DNA from: Planctomycetota bacterium
GTDB lineage: Bacteria > Planctomycetota > JAJSAM01 > JAJVHW01
NCBI GenBank assembly: GCA_965248445.1
Contig: CBDFJG010000004.1
Coordinates: forward strand, 256,001 to 320,000
DNA: 64,000 nt
Direction: 5' to 3'
Position 1 is the stretch's first letter. The number at the start of each line of letters is the position of its first letter. Of this stretch, positions 1 through 9,601 are shown piece by piece. A program made the translations under genes and the position numbers. The notes beneath the pieces are model-generated. The model saw nothing but the letters and a program-made list of their open reading frames with translations, did no database searches and was not told the DNA's origin.

Positions 1-1014
1 GCGTGCCAGGCTCTCCTCGAAGACGCCGCGAGCGTCCTGATCGCGAAAGTCCAGGAACGCCAGCACGGCCAGCGAGGTCGCTGCGAGAGTCCGCCCGCTC
101 TCTTTCTCGCCCTGTGAACAGACGCTCTTCTTGTCGCCGTGCAGGGCAAGACACCGGGTGCGCGTCCGCTCCAGCGCACCGGCGTCGCTCTGGTGCAGCG
201 CCAACCACGCAAGCCCCGCGTGAATGCGCTCCAGGAGGGATGTCACGCCGCGCGCGCGCAGCCGCTCAAGCTGCTCGACGCGCCGCCTCTCGACGGCGGC
301 CGGGTCGGTGACGTCGAGCTTCGTGACGCGCCGCGACCACTCGCGGGCCCGGACGCGGTCGATCGCGGGGTCGACCCAGGTCCGGTCAGCCGCGTCGATC
401 TCCGTGCCACTTCGGCCGAAGCGCGCCAGGTGGCGCGCGATTGCATCGCGTTCCTCTGCCTGCTCCGTGCCGTCCAGGATCGCCAGTTCCGTCGCGCGGG
501 CGGCCTTCCCGAGGCGGTCGAGCAATACCTGCAGCCGGCGTTGGGAGTCGGCGAGCAGCAGCGCGCGTTTCGCGCCTGCCAGCACGTCGTCGGGGATCTT
601 GCGGCCCGCCTCAGCGTCACCCTCGAGATCGTCGAGCAGCGTGTCCTCCCAGACGGCGAACACCTCCGCGTACGAGGGGACCCACTCCGCCGGCTCCGAT
701 CGCGGAGGCAGGACGATCAGTAGCGCTTCGAGCACGCGGCCGGAGTCGAACGCCGCGAGCGCGCGATCGAGCAGCGCGCGGCGGTCGTTCAGCGCGGGCG
801 TCGACTTTGGCGGAGGCGCGACTCGATTGCGCTCCCGTCGCGACGTCGGTCCGTTGCCGCCGTCCTCCGCGGCGTTCTCGCCGGAGCCGGGGAGTGCCGA
901 GATCGCATCACCGCGTTCGGGCGGCGGCGCCCCGGGCGGGCGGGACACGACGAACGCGATCGACCCCGCGACGACGAGGACCAACGCGATCAGGAGGACG
1001 ACCGGAGCTCTCAC
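1..1014 (-). CDS. Membrane-anchored protein with a prenyltransferase/squalene-cyclase-like repeat domain (runs off the window end)
   Basis: Hand translation of the minus strand from GTG 1014 (not in the ORF track because there is no stop in the window): VRAPVVLLIALVLVVAGSIAFVV (TM/signal) ... IHAGLAWLALHQSDAG ... ATSLAVLAFL, resembling prenyltransferase-like repeat helices. Confidence 0.6.
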   Translation of the reverse strand, partial: MRAPVVLLIALVLVVAGSIAFVVSRPPGAPPPERGDAISALPGSGENAAEDGGNGPTSRRERNRVAPPPKSTPALNDRRALLDRALAAFDSGRVLEALLIVLPPRSEPAEWVPSYAEVFAVWEDTLLDDLEGDAEAGRKIPDDVLAGAKRALLLADSQRRLQVLLDRLGKAARATELAILDGTEQAEERDAIARHLARFGRSGTEIDAADRTWVDPAIDRVRAREWSRRVTKLDVTDPAAVERRRVEQLERLRARGVTSLLERIHAGLAWLALHQSDAGALERTRTRCLALHGDKKSVCSQGEKESGRTLAATSLAVLAFLDFRDQDARGVFEESLAR

Positions 1015-1018
1015 TCCA

Positions 1019-1059
1019 CCATTAGACGGGCCCATTAGATAGACGGGCCCATTAGACGG
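1019..1059. repeat. Short imperfect tandem repeat, 3 x (C)CCATTAGACGGG
   Basis: CCATTAGACGGG / CCCATTAGATAGACGGG / CCCATTAGACGG read directly in the intergenic gap. Confidence 0.85.
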
Positions 1060-1070
1060 CGCAGCCGGCC

Positions 1071-2039
1071 TCAGTCCTTCTTGCCCTTTCCGTCGCCGTC
1101 ACCGTCGGCGTCGTCGTCCGGATCCTCCCCGAAGTCCAGGCCGCCCTTGCGCTTGGTCGGACCCTTGTACTTCGGGATGTCGATGCCCAGCTTCTTCAGC
1201 TCGAGCCGGTTCTCGACCATCCACCTGCGCAGGTCGCTCGCCTGGCCGATCTCCTCGTCACAGATGTTCGTGCACGCCTTGGCCAGTTCCTCGATGTAGA
1301 CCTTCAGCATGAGGGGCGGCTTGCCGCGCGGGCCGGCGTTGCCGTACTTCGCCTTCCAAGCCGCCTCGGCCGCCTCCTGATCCGCCGTGCCGGAAGCGCC
1401 GGTGTCGACCTTCACCTCGCCGGTCTCCCACGAGTAGCCGACCGGATGGCGTTCCCACAACCCCAGCAGAGTGGGCAGCGCCTGCCAACTGTCGATCCGG
1501 CCCAGCGCGCGCACGCACGTGAGCAGCAGATACGGATCGCCGCCCTTCTTGAGGATCTCGCAGACGATCGGGACCGCGGGCTCGTGCTTCAGCTTGCCGA
1601 CGGAGTCCACCGCCGTGTCCACGACGTCGATCTCGAGCTTCTTGTTCTTGTCGAGCACTTTCACGAGCGCGTCGCCCGCCGCGACAGTCGACTTCTCGTT
1701 GCGCTTGAACTCGGACAGCACGGACGCCGCCATGAGCTGATGCTCGATGTCCTGGTCCTTCAGGATCAGCTTGCCGAGGTAGTCCGCCGCGACGGGATGC
1801 TCGGTGCTCGCAACCGCCATCAGGAGGTCGGCGTACGTCGCGTCGTCCTTGGCGCGCTTCGCGTTCTTCTTGAAGTACGCGATCTCGGCCTTGGCCTGCT
1901 TCTCCCACGCCTTCTCGGCAGCCTTCTTGGCGGCACTGTCTTTGGAGGCACTGTCTGCCGCTTCGTCGGCGCGCACACCACTCGACGGCATCGCGAGGAG
2001 CATCGCGGCTACGAACATCAGTGCTGTCGTGGTTTTCAT
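1071..2039 (-). CDS. Exported HEAT-repeat protein
   Basis: Signal peptide MKTTTALMFVAAMLLAMPSSGVRA; HEAT/PBS-like units (AVDSVGKLKHEPAVPIVCEIL, CVRALGRIDSWQALPTLL). Confidence 0.75.
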   Translation of the reverse strand: MKTTTALMFVAAMLLAMPSSGVRADEAADSASKDSAAKKAAEKAWEKQAKAEIAYFKKNAKRAKDDATYADLLMAVASTEHPVAADYLGKLILKDQDIEHQLMAASVLSEFKRNEKSTVAAGDALVKVLDKNKKLEIDVVDTAVDSVGKLKHEPAVPIVCEILKKGGDPYLLLTCVRALGRIDSWQALPTLLGLWERHPVGYSWETGEVKVDTGASGTADQEAAEAAWKAKYGNAGPRGKPPLMLKVYIEELAKACTNICDEEIGQASDLRRWMVENRLELKKLGIDIPKYKGPTKRKGGLDFGEDPDDDADGDGDGKGKKD

Positions 2040-2049
2040 CTGTCTGCCC

Positions 2050-3623
2050 TCACTTCGTGAAGAACTTCCCTACTCCACCGGTCTCACGCGCCAGCTTCCG
2101 AAGGAAGCGGAGATCCACTCCGATCCCGATCACGTTGATCCGGATCGGCTTGACCCTGTGCAGTTGTACGACCGCGTCGAGGATCTGGTCGGGCTCGATG
2201 ATGTCCCCGATCGAAGGCGCCCCGTCGGTCACCAAGTAGATCTCGTCGGGTCCGGACTCATAGGACTTCTTTGTGTTGCCCGCCAGATCGAACGCTGTCG
2301 CGATCGCTTCCCAGGTATTGGTCTTGTCGTCGGGCTTGACGCCCTTGAGCCCGGCAATCGCCTTCTGCTTGTTGGCGGAGTTGGCCGGGACGAGCTTGCC
2401 CATCCACGGACTTGCGTCGTTCGAGAAGAAGATCACGTCGAAGTGCTGCTCCTCCCTCAGCTGGGAAATCAGCAGGATCGTCTGCTCCCGCGCCAGATCG
2501 AGACGTGACTTGATGCGCCACCACGGGATGTCGTAGCGCCGCTCTTCGTCCCCGTCTTCCTCGGCGGCTCCCTTCCCTCGGCACCCGCACCGGTCACGGC
2601 CGCCTTGCGACGGCTCGTCTCCCTGCGCAGCCGGTCGCGGTCGATCTCGATCGGGTCGTTCATGGACAGCGACATGTCGAGGATCAGCACGACGCGGTTG
2701 CTCGTGACCTCCATGCCGTAGAAGTGTGGGCGTCCGCCCTCGTCCGCGTATCCGCTCGCCGCGCCGGACACGCCGTCCTCGGGATCGTCGTCGCGCGCGG
2801 ACACGTCTTCACCGGCGAGGAACTTGCGCCACTTGCTCGGTTTGCTGCCGAGCCTCTTTCCGGTGATGCGTGAGAGCGCGTGCGCCGCGTCCGCGCGCAT
2901 GCGACCGCGGGAGTTCTCGAGAAAATCAACGAGCCGCGGCACCGCCCGCTCGCGCAGCACATCCTTGTCCGGCAGCCGGTAGATCGACGACATGGCCGCA
3001 GACTGCACCTGCCAGTGGCGGTCGTCGAGCAGCGCAAGCAGCGGGTCGAGGGCCTCCAGCGCGCGGTGCTGTCCGATGCCCCAGGCCGCCATGCCGCGGA
3101 CCATCGGGTCGCCGTCGTCGAGCGTCGCGAGCAACGCGGCCCGCACACGGTCGTCGCGGACGTGCGCCAGCGCCTCCAGATAGACCACGCGCTGGTCCGT
3201 CTTGCCCTTGCCCGCGTGTACGATCAGGGCGGCGATCGCGTCCGCGTCCTTGATCTTCGAGAGCACGGTCACGGCCCGCGCGATGACGTCCGCCCGCTTC
3301 TCCTTGCCGACGACGTACTTCGAGACGATCGCGAGGCGCTTGTCGTCGGGAGTGTCCTTCAGGGACTCGACGGCTGCAGCACGCTCCTTGGCGTCGTCGC
3401 TCTTGTACTTCTCCGCGAAGGCGGCCGCGGCGGGGTCGTCGCCCTTCTTCTTCTTCTTCGGCTGCGCCGTTGCACTCGGACCGCCAGCAAGCACGAGCGC
3501 GAGCGCCACGACGACGGCCGCGCCGATTCGGGGCCATGCGAATCCGGGCAGTCCGAATCCGGGCAGACCGAGGCGGTTCAGCAGCATCCCCTCAGGATAC
3601 CCCGCCGCCGGCCCCACGCTCAC
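2050..3623 (-). CDS. Exported HEAT-repeat + von Willebrand A domain protein, split by a frameshift near 2572
   Basis: ORF 2469-3623 has a signal/TM, HEAT repeats and MIDAS LILDMSLSM. After a one-base shift the frame continues GAAEEDGDEERRYDIPWWRIKSRLDLAREQ...HFDVIFFS...TNT...LVTDGAPS into ORF 2050-2436. Same architecture as 37812-39239. Confidence 0.75.
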
Positions 3624-4474
3624 TCAGGAGGGAAGACGGCCGCGAGTGCAGCCTCGTCTCGGCGGATGCCCTCGTCGCGCTCGGCGACGAGGTCGAGCCG
3701 CACGGTCAGGATCTCCATCGCCAGCGGAGGGCCGGGCACCAGGTAGGACTCGTGGAAGACCTTCCAGCCGGTCGAGCAGACGTCGCAGGCCTCCAGCGAC
3801 GCCGGACCGGCCTCTCGCGCCGCGAGGACGCGCAGCTTGTTCGCGGACTCCTCCCCGCACGCGGGGCAGCCCAGGCCTTGCACCGTCCATGACCCGCCGC
3901 ACAGCACGCACAGCATTCGGCGATCGCCGCCCGGCGCCGCAAGGCTCGCCGCCGGAGCGAGTCCGCAGAACGGACACGCCGCTCGGACCCACCGCTCGGC
4001 GTGCGGCGGACTGAACGCGCGCGCCAGGTGCGTCGCCGGAGCCGCCAACGAACGCAACAGCAGGAACCGAAACAGGGGCGGGTGCGGAACCTCGTCGTCA
4101 CCCGGGAGCGAGGTGAAGTCGCGCAGGTGCCGTGGCCATTCGAACGCAGGGTCGAGGACCGCGTCGGCCACCTCGCTCGCGGATCCCGCGACCTCCGGGA
4201 ACGCCGTGGCGAGCCGCGCGGCCAGCCGTCCGAACAGCGGCTCGACGAGTCCCCGCAACACCGCAGGGTGTGCCGCCGACAAGAGCGCGCGCCCCGAGAG
4301 CCAGTGCACGCCCGGCGGCCCGGTGAATGCGGGCCGCGGCGCCGGGCCGGTGCCGTCGGTGGCGAAGGCCGTCGTCTCCTCGGCGAGTTCGAGGTGCAGG
4401 CGGGCGAGCGGCGCGAGGGCCGGTTCCTCGGCCACGATGCGCGCAAGCGTCCAGAGCGACTCGTCCTGGGCCAT
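3620..4474 (-). CDS. fdhE: Formate dehydrogenase accessory protein FdhE family
   Basis: Four CxxC motifs in FdhE spacing: CPFCG, RRMLCVLCG..W, CPACGE, EACDVC. Confidence 0.75.
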   Translation of the reverse strand: MAQDESLWTLARIVAEEPALAPLARLHLELAEETTAFATDGTGPAPRPAFTGPPGVHWLSGRALLSAAHPAVLRGLVEPLFGRLAARLATAFPEVAGSASEVADAVLDPAFEWPRHLRDFTSLPGDDEVPHPPLFRFLLLRSLAAPATHLARAFSPPHAERWVRAACPFCGLAPAASLAAPGGDRRMLCVLCGGSWTVQGLGCPACGEESANKLRVLAAREAGPASLEACDVCSTGWKVFHESYLVPGPPLAMEILTVRLDLVAERDEGIRRDEAALAAVFPPE

Positions 4475-4532
4475 CGTCCGTCACAACCTCCGGGGTCTTC
4501 TCTACCCGTGCTTGTCTGTACCCGGGCTATCT

Positions 4533-5747
4533 CTACCGGGCCGGCCTACGCCGCGCCACCACCGCCGTCGCGCGCTCGTCCAGCCGGGTCGCGAACATGT
4601 CGATCGCGCCTCCGGCCCCGCGCCGCGAGGCACCGCGCGCGACGGAGCGTTGCAGCGTCGCCGCGTCCAGGGGAACACCCCTTACGTGAACCCGGACGGA
4701 ACGCGCGGCGACCGAGCGAAGCGCCCCGCGGATGCTCGCAGGGTCGAGCGCGACACACGACAGCACCTCGTACGACGTGAGCCACGGGGAGTCCACGCCT
4801 GAGTCGCCGGTGAGGAGCGCGATTCCGGGACTCACCACGCCTAGGCCGTGGCGCACGCACAGTTCGGCCAGAAGCGAGGCCCGTACGGCGGCCGGGTCCG
4901 GGACGTAGAGCGCGCCGCCGAGCGGGAGTGGGGCAGCGTCCTCGCGTGCGCCCGACAGCGAGACCGAGGGACCGTCGGCTGGAAGCTGCACAGCGAGCAC
5001 GTGCGGCGCGGCCGGGTCGCGATGCGACGCGACGAACGCCTCGCAGCACGAGCGCGCGGCCGAGACATAGGAGACCGAGAACGACTCCGGCACGACATCC
5101 GACCTCAGCGAGGGCGCGGCCTTGATGAACACGCGCCGCTCCGGCGCGAGAGCGAGCAGCGCGGAGAGCGGCGGTTGCCAGCTGTCCGGATCCAACGAGC
5201 GCGCGCCCTGCGGCCGGCGGTCGGGATCGGCGAAGACGACGTCGGCCCGCGCCGCGTCGTCCTCGAGAACGGCCAGTCCGTCGCCGGGTATGACCCGCGC
5301 ACTCGAAAGGCCGAGTGTCATGAGGTTCGTGTGTGCGCACGCCGCGCGCACGGCGTCGACGTCGGTCGCGATCAGGTTAGCTGCACGGTGGGCGAGAGCG
5401 AGTGTGTCGGCGCCGCAGCCGCAGCCGATCTCCAGCAGTCGGGCACCCGCGGGCACCTGCTGGGCGTGCCAGATCGCCACGCGGCCGGACGTGGCCTGTT
5501 CAACGGCTTCGCGCACGGCGAGCAAGCGCTCGTCGCACCCGATCTTGCGCGCGAGTGCGCGGCCGGCGGTGACGAGTTCGAGCGCGGCGGCGCGCTCGAC
5601 CGGCGGCGCGTCGGCGTTGCTGCGTCGCAGTTTCTCTGCGGCGGCGAGCACATCCCCGGCGGCCGCCTCGACGGCGGCATGTGCCCCCATCAACAGCCGC
5701 CACCCCGGCTCGCCAAGGACGGCCAGCGCCGCCTCGCGGTCCGGCAC
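4533..5747 (-). CDS. Class I SAM-dependent methyltransferase with THUMP-like C-terminus
   Basis: EQATS, motif I LEIGCGCGAD, VFADPDRR, IKAAP, PDPAAVRA; GTG start at 5747 just after the upstream stop. Confidence 0.75.
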   Translation of the reverse strand: MPDREAALAVLGEPGWRLLMGAHAAVEAAAGDVLAAAEKLRRSNADAPPVERAAALELVTAGRALARKIGCDERLLAVREAVEQATSGRVAIWHAQQVPAGARLLEIGCGCGADTLALAHRAANLIATDVDAVRAACAHTNLMTLGLSSARVIPGDGLAVLEDDAARADVVFADPDRRPQGARSLDPDSWQPPLSALLALAPERRVFIKAAPSLRSDVVPESFSVSYVSAARSCCEAFVASHRDPAAPHVLAVQLPADGPSVSLSGAREDAAPLPLGGALYVPDPAAVRASLLAELCVRHGLGVVSPGIALLTGDSGVDSPWLTSYEVLSCVALDPASIRGALRSVAARSVRVHVRGVPLDAATLQRSVARGASRRGAGGAIDMFATRLDERATAVVARRRPAR

Positions 5748-5748
5748 G

Positions 5749-8700
5749 TCAGTCCCCTGCGCGGGCGGCCTGAGCGTGCTGGTGCCGCAAGTGAGCCGCA
5801 CCCGCGACGATGTCGCGTCCCGGGCTGCGCGCGGACGTGAAGGACTCCGCGTCGTCCTCGGAGAGGCGGCGCGCGGCGCGGTGCAGGCAACTTTCCGCGT
5901 CCAGCAAGCGCTCGTCCGCCAACTCGACGTCGCCCAGCACGCGCGCTGCCAGCGAGAGGCGAAACAACGCCTCGATGCGTTCGGCGACGTCTCCCAGGTC
6001 GCGCATCGCATGCACGGCGTCGTCGGCGCGGGCGCGCGTGACGGCCTCTCTACCACTGCGCGCGGCTCCGACGGCGCGCAGTGAGTGTGCCACGGCCACC
6101 AGCGGGTCCTTGCCCAGGGCCTCGACGGCGTCCCGCAGACGTACCTCCGCACGTTCCACGGCACCCATCAGCATCTCGACGCGGGCGAGCGCCACACCGG
6201 TGCGCGCAAGAGCCACGGAGTGCTCCTGTCCCGCAAGCACTTCCATCGCCCGCTCGAGAAGATCCTTCGCGCGTGTGACATCCCCGAGCTGGAAGGCGGC
6301 TTTGCCCACCGCCGTCAGGACGCGTCCGTGCTCCCCGGCGTCGGGTTCAGACTCCGCGACAGTCAACGCGTCGCGGAGCGTGCTCTCGGAAGCCGTGACC
6401 CTCCCCACGGACAGTTCGGACTCGCCACGCAGCCGCAGCGTGCGGGCACGCAGCGCACCGTCACCGACGACCTTCGCGAGATGCGCGGCCTCGCCGAACA
6501 GCGCGCAAGCCTCGCTCACGCGCCCCTCCGACTGCAACACGCCGGCGAGATCGATCAGGTCCTGGGCCTCATCTGATCCGTCGCCGCGGGCGCGGTCGAC
6601 GGCAACCGCCCGGCGCAGAAGCTGCTCGGCACGCACGGGATCGGAGTCCGAGAGCGCGTGCCTCGCCAATCCGCGCAGGGCGACGGTCTCGAGTCGCAGG
6701 TCGCGGCCATTGCGGGCTGCGGTGAGCGCAGACCGCAGGTGATCTTCGGCCTCGTCCTTCCATCCGGCGCGAGCAGCAACCTGTCCCGCGGCTCTCCGCG
6801 CACGGGACTCGAGTGACCGGTCGCGGGTCTCCCGTGCGAGCTCGAGCGCGCGCCTCAATTCGTGCCGGGCCTCGCCGTAGCGCTGCTGGTCCCGCCGCGC
6901 GAGTCCGCGCGCGAAGTGCGCCCGGCCAACCGCGGGCCTGTCATTCACGTCGACCGCGGCCGTGAGCGCTTCGCTCGCATACTCCGCGGCGCGCATCGGG
7001 TCCTCCGCGACGTTCGCGAGTGCGAGCGACAGCCGTGCCGCCCGGCGCCGGTCATCGGCCTGCATCGCATCCCACTGTGCCGCAGTCAGCACCTCCCGCG
7101 CCCCGGACACGTCTCCGGCACGACTGAGAATCGCAGCGCGGTCCAGATCCAGATCGATCGCCGCCGTCGTCCGGCCCTCCTGCCGGAGCTGGTCCGCCGC
7201 GAGCCGGGCCAGCCTGTCCGCTTCGGCGAGACGCCAGGTCGCGCGCATGTGCGTCATCGCGGCCGGGAGGTACAACTCGCCGCGGAGCACGCTACCGCCG
7301 CGCAAGTAGTGGTAGGCCACGCGATATGCCAGCACTCCGTGGATCTCGGAGGGCGCGAGCTGGTCGGGGTTGCGGCTCGCGAGGAACGCGTCAGCCGTGC
7401 GGACGTGGGCCGCCGCGAGCTGACCGGGATCCGCGCCCGTCGTCAGGAGCCCCGTGTGTGCGGAGACGACGAACCGCCGGGCCGGACCCTCGCCCCGCAC
7501 GAGCCCTGCCGCCTCGACGTCGGCGAGCGCCGACTCCATCTCGTCGTGCGTCCAGTCGAGTGTGCGGCGGGTGACGTCCCCGTCAAATCGATCGCCTTGG
7601 AGCGCCGCCGCGAACAGGAGTTGCCGGCCGCGGTCACCGACAGCCTGTAGTCGGGCCGCGAACGCGCTCTGCTCGCTGTTCGGCGCCCCCGATAGAGGCG
7701 CATCGCCGGCAGTGAAGCGCGTCGCGTCCACGCGCTCGAGGACACCCCGTGCGGCGAGCGCGTGCAGCACGTCGTACGCCGGACGGGGGCGACCTCCGGA
7801 GGCGTCGTGCACGATCGGTGCGATCTCCGCCGCCGCAGTATCGTCGCCGACGACGGCCCGTACGAGGTCGAGCATTGCAAAGGCATCGAGCGAGTCGATG
7901 ACTACCTCGGCTCGACCTGCGAACGACTCGGCAAGATCCGTCGGCAAAGCCGAACAGGCGACCACGATCAGGAGCGGCATGTCGGCGGTGACGCGCGCCA
8001 GCGCTCCGATCACCCGTCGCGCGGCCGTGCCGGCGCGATCCACGTCGTCCAGGACGAGCAGTGCCGGGCGATGAGCGGTGATCGTCTCGACCACGCGCAC
8101 GAAACACGTGCAGAGTGCGCTGAGTCCCAGCGCCTCGGCTCCGGGTGGCCCGGCACGACTGGACAGGATCGCGGCCAGCGTCGTCGCTGCCCCCGCCGAT
8201 TCTCCGAGGAGTCGAGCGACCAGCTGCTCCTGGACTTCGCGCTCGCCTGTCATGAAGTGCGTCAGCGCTTCGGTCAGCGCTCCAAGCGGCCGGCCGACGC
8301 CGTAGCGCGGGAAGGTCGCCGCCAGCGCGATGATGTCGGTCCTCTGCTCCACCGACTCGAGCAGCGCGTCCAGAACACGTGTGCGACCCGCGCCGAACGA
8401 CCCGCGCACCACGACCACACCTCCGGTTCCCGCGGTGGTCGCGTCCACTGCGGCGCGAAGGGCGGCGAGTTGCGACGTGCGGCTCACGCACGGCACGTGG
8501 CGGTCACCAAGCGGCAACGGAGCCGGGCGCTCGGTGAACCACTCCTCGTCCGGCGGCTCCGCCGGCGGGGTGACAGGAGGAGGCGGAGGGTCGCGAGTCG
8601 CGGCGAGCATCGACACCGGGTCATCGACGACCGATTCCTGCTGGATGTGGCGCGACATCCACCACGCGCTCTGCCGTCGGCCGGCCAGCACCTGGACCAG

Positions 8701-9486
8701 TTCGTTGGCCGACGAGAACCGCCGCCCGGGCCGCGGATCGAGCAGGGTGTGGATCACCTCCGAAAGGAAGATCGACGCCGCATGACGCACGTCGTTCGGC
8801 CGGCGGCTCCCGGGCTCCGCGCCGTCGACCGTGCGCTCATTGTCGTAGAAGCTCCCTGTCGCGGCGCGGTACAGCAACGCCCCGAGCGCGTAGAGATCGG
8901 ACGCATGACCGCGTTCCGCCACATCCGCCCGCACCTCCGGCGCGAGACACGCCGCAAGCGGAGCGGGTGCGCCTTCGACGCGCAGATCGACGGGCGCGAA
9001 GCCGACGTCCAGCAGCACCGCGCGGCCCTCCTCGTGCAGCAGCACCGTGGCCGGATGGATGGCGATCCCGGCCAGACCGGTGCCGTGGAGCGCGGCCAGC
9101 GCCGACGCGAGGTCGCGCGCGATGCCCTCCGTGGCCTCGTCCGAGAGCACCGGGGTCTCATCGAGCAGCACATCCATCGACGTGCCGGGGAGCCACGCCA
9201 TCGCGCTCCAGAACCGCAGCCCGGGCTCGCCGCGGAGCGTTCCGAAGTCCGCCGGGGCGTGCACGGACTCGCTCGCCGCCCCGCGTGCAGCCCCGTGCGC
9301 CCGCACGAGCCGCTGGATTCCGTCCGGCCCCCCCGCCGCATCCACGTCCACCACGCGAACGCGAACGGCCGTGCCGAGCGCGAGGGGGCCGCCGGGCGAC
9401 GCGACCGCCCCCTTGTAGGCACGCCCCGGCCCCGGGACGTAATGCCGTTCGAGCAGTTCGTAAACGTGCAGTCTCTCCGCCGCCAT
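5749..9486 (-). CDS. Ser/Thr kinase-like (degenerate) + AAA/STAND ATPase + TPR repeat protein
   Basis: Kinase subdomains DVG, LAPE, SDLYALG, DPRPGRR; Walker A GSFGAGRT; Walker B LLVLDDVD; SGGRP (GxP-like); long C-terminal helical TPR-like repeats. Alternative start 9558. Confidence 0.75.
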   Translation of the reverse strand: MAAERLHVYELLERHYVPGPGRAYKGAVASPGGPLALGTAVRVRVVDVDAAGGPDGIQRLVRAHGAARGAASESVHAPADFGTLRGEPGLRFWSAMAWLPGTSMDVLLDETPVLSDEATEGIARDLASALAALHGTGLAGIAIHPATVLLHEEGRAVLLDVGFAPVDLRVEGAPAPLAACLAPEVRADVAERGHASDLYALGALLYRAATGSFYDNERTVDGAEPGSRRPNDVRHAASIFLSEVIHTLLDPRPGRRFSSANELVQVLAGRRQSAWWMSRHIQQESVVDDPVSMLAATRDPPPPPVTPPAEPPDEEWFTERPAPLPLGDRHVPCVSRTSQLAALRAAVDATTAGTGGVVVVRGSFGAGRTRVLDALLESVEQRTDIIALAATFPRYGVGRPLGALTEALTHFMTGEREVQEQLVARLLGESAGAATTLAAILSSRAGPPGAEALGLSALCTCFVRVVETITAHRPALLVLDDVDRAGTAARRVIGALARVTADMPLLIVVACSALPTDLAESFAGRAEVVIDSLDAFAMLDLVRAVVGDDTAAAEIAPIVHDASGGRPRPAYDVLHALAARGVLERVDATRFTAGDAPLSGAPNSEQSAFAARLQAVGDRGRQLLFAAALQGDRFDGDVTRRTLDWTHDEMESALADVEAAGLVRGEGPARRFVVSAHTGLLTTGADPGQLAAAHVRTADAFLASRNPDQLAPSEIHGVLAYRVAYHYLRGGSVLRGELYLPAAMTHMRATWRLAEADRLARLAADQLRQEGRTTAAIDLDLDRAAILSRAGDVSGAREVLTAAQWDAMQADDRRRAARLSLALANVAEDPMRAAEYASEALTAAVDVNDRPAVGRAHFARGLARRDQQRYGEARHELRRALELARETRDRSLESRARRAAGQVAARAGWKDEAEDHLRSALTAARNGRDLRLETVALRGLARHALSDSDPVRAEQLLRRAVAVDRARGDGSDEAQDLIDLAGVLQSEGRVSEACALFGEAAHLAKVVGDGALRARTLRLRGESELSVGRVTASESTLRDALTVAESEPDAGEHGRVLTAVGKAAFQLGDVTRAKDLLERAMEVLAGQEHSVALARTGVALARVEMLMGAVERAEVRLRDAVEALGKDPLVAVAHSLRAVGAARSGREAVTRARADDAVHAMRDLGDVAERIEALFRLSLAARVLGDVELADERLLDAESCLHRAARRLSEDDAESFTSARSPGRDIVAGAAHLRHQHAQAARAGD

Positions 9487-9601
9487 TGACGGTTGCTCCG
9501 GCGATTGCGCGGCCGTTGGACGTGCTATTGGCTCGTGATCCCCGACCGCTGGCGCCATTGTGCGGCGGGACGCGCGACGCTGCGCGGTTTAGCGGCGCGG
9601 G

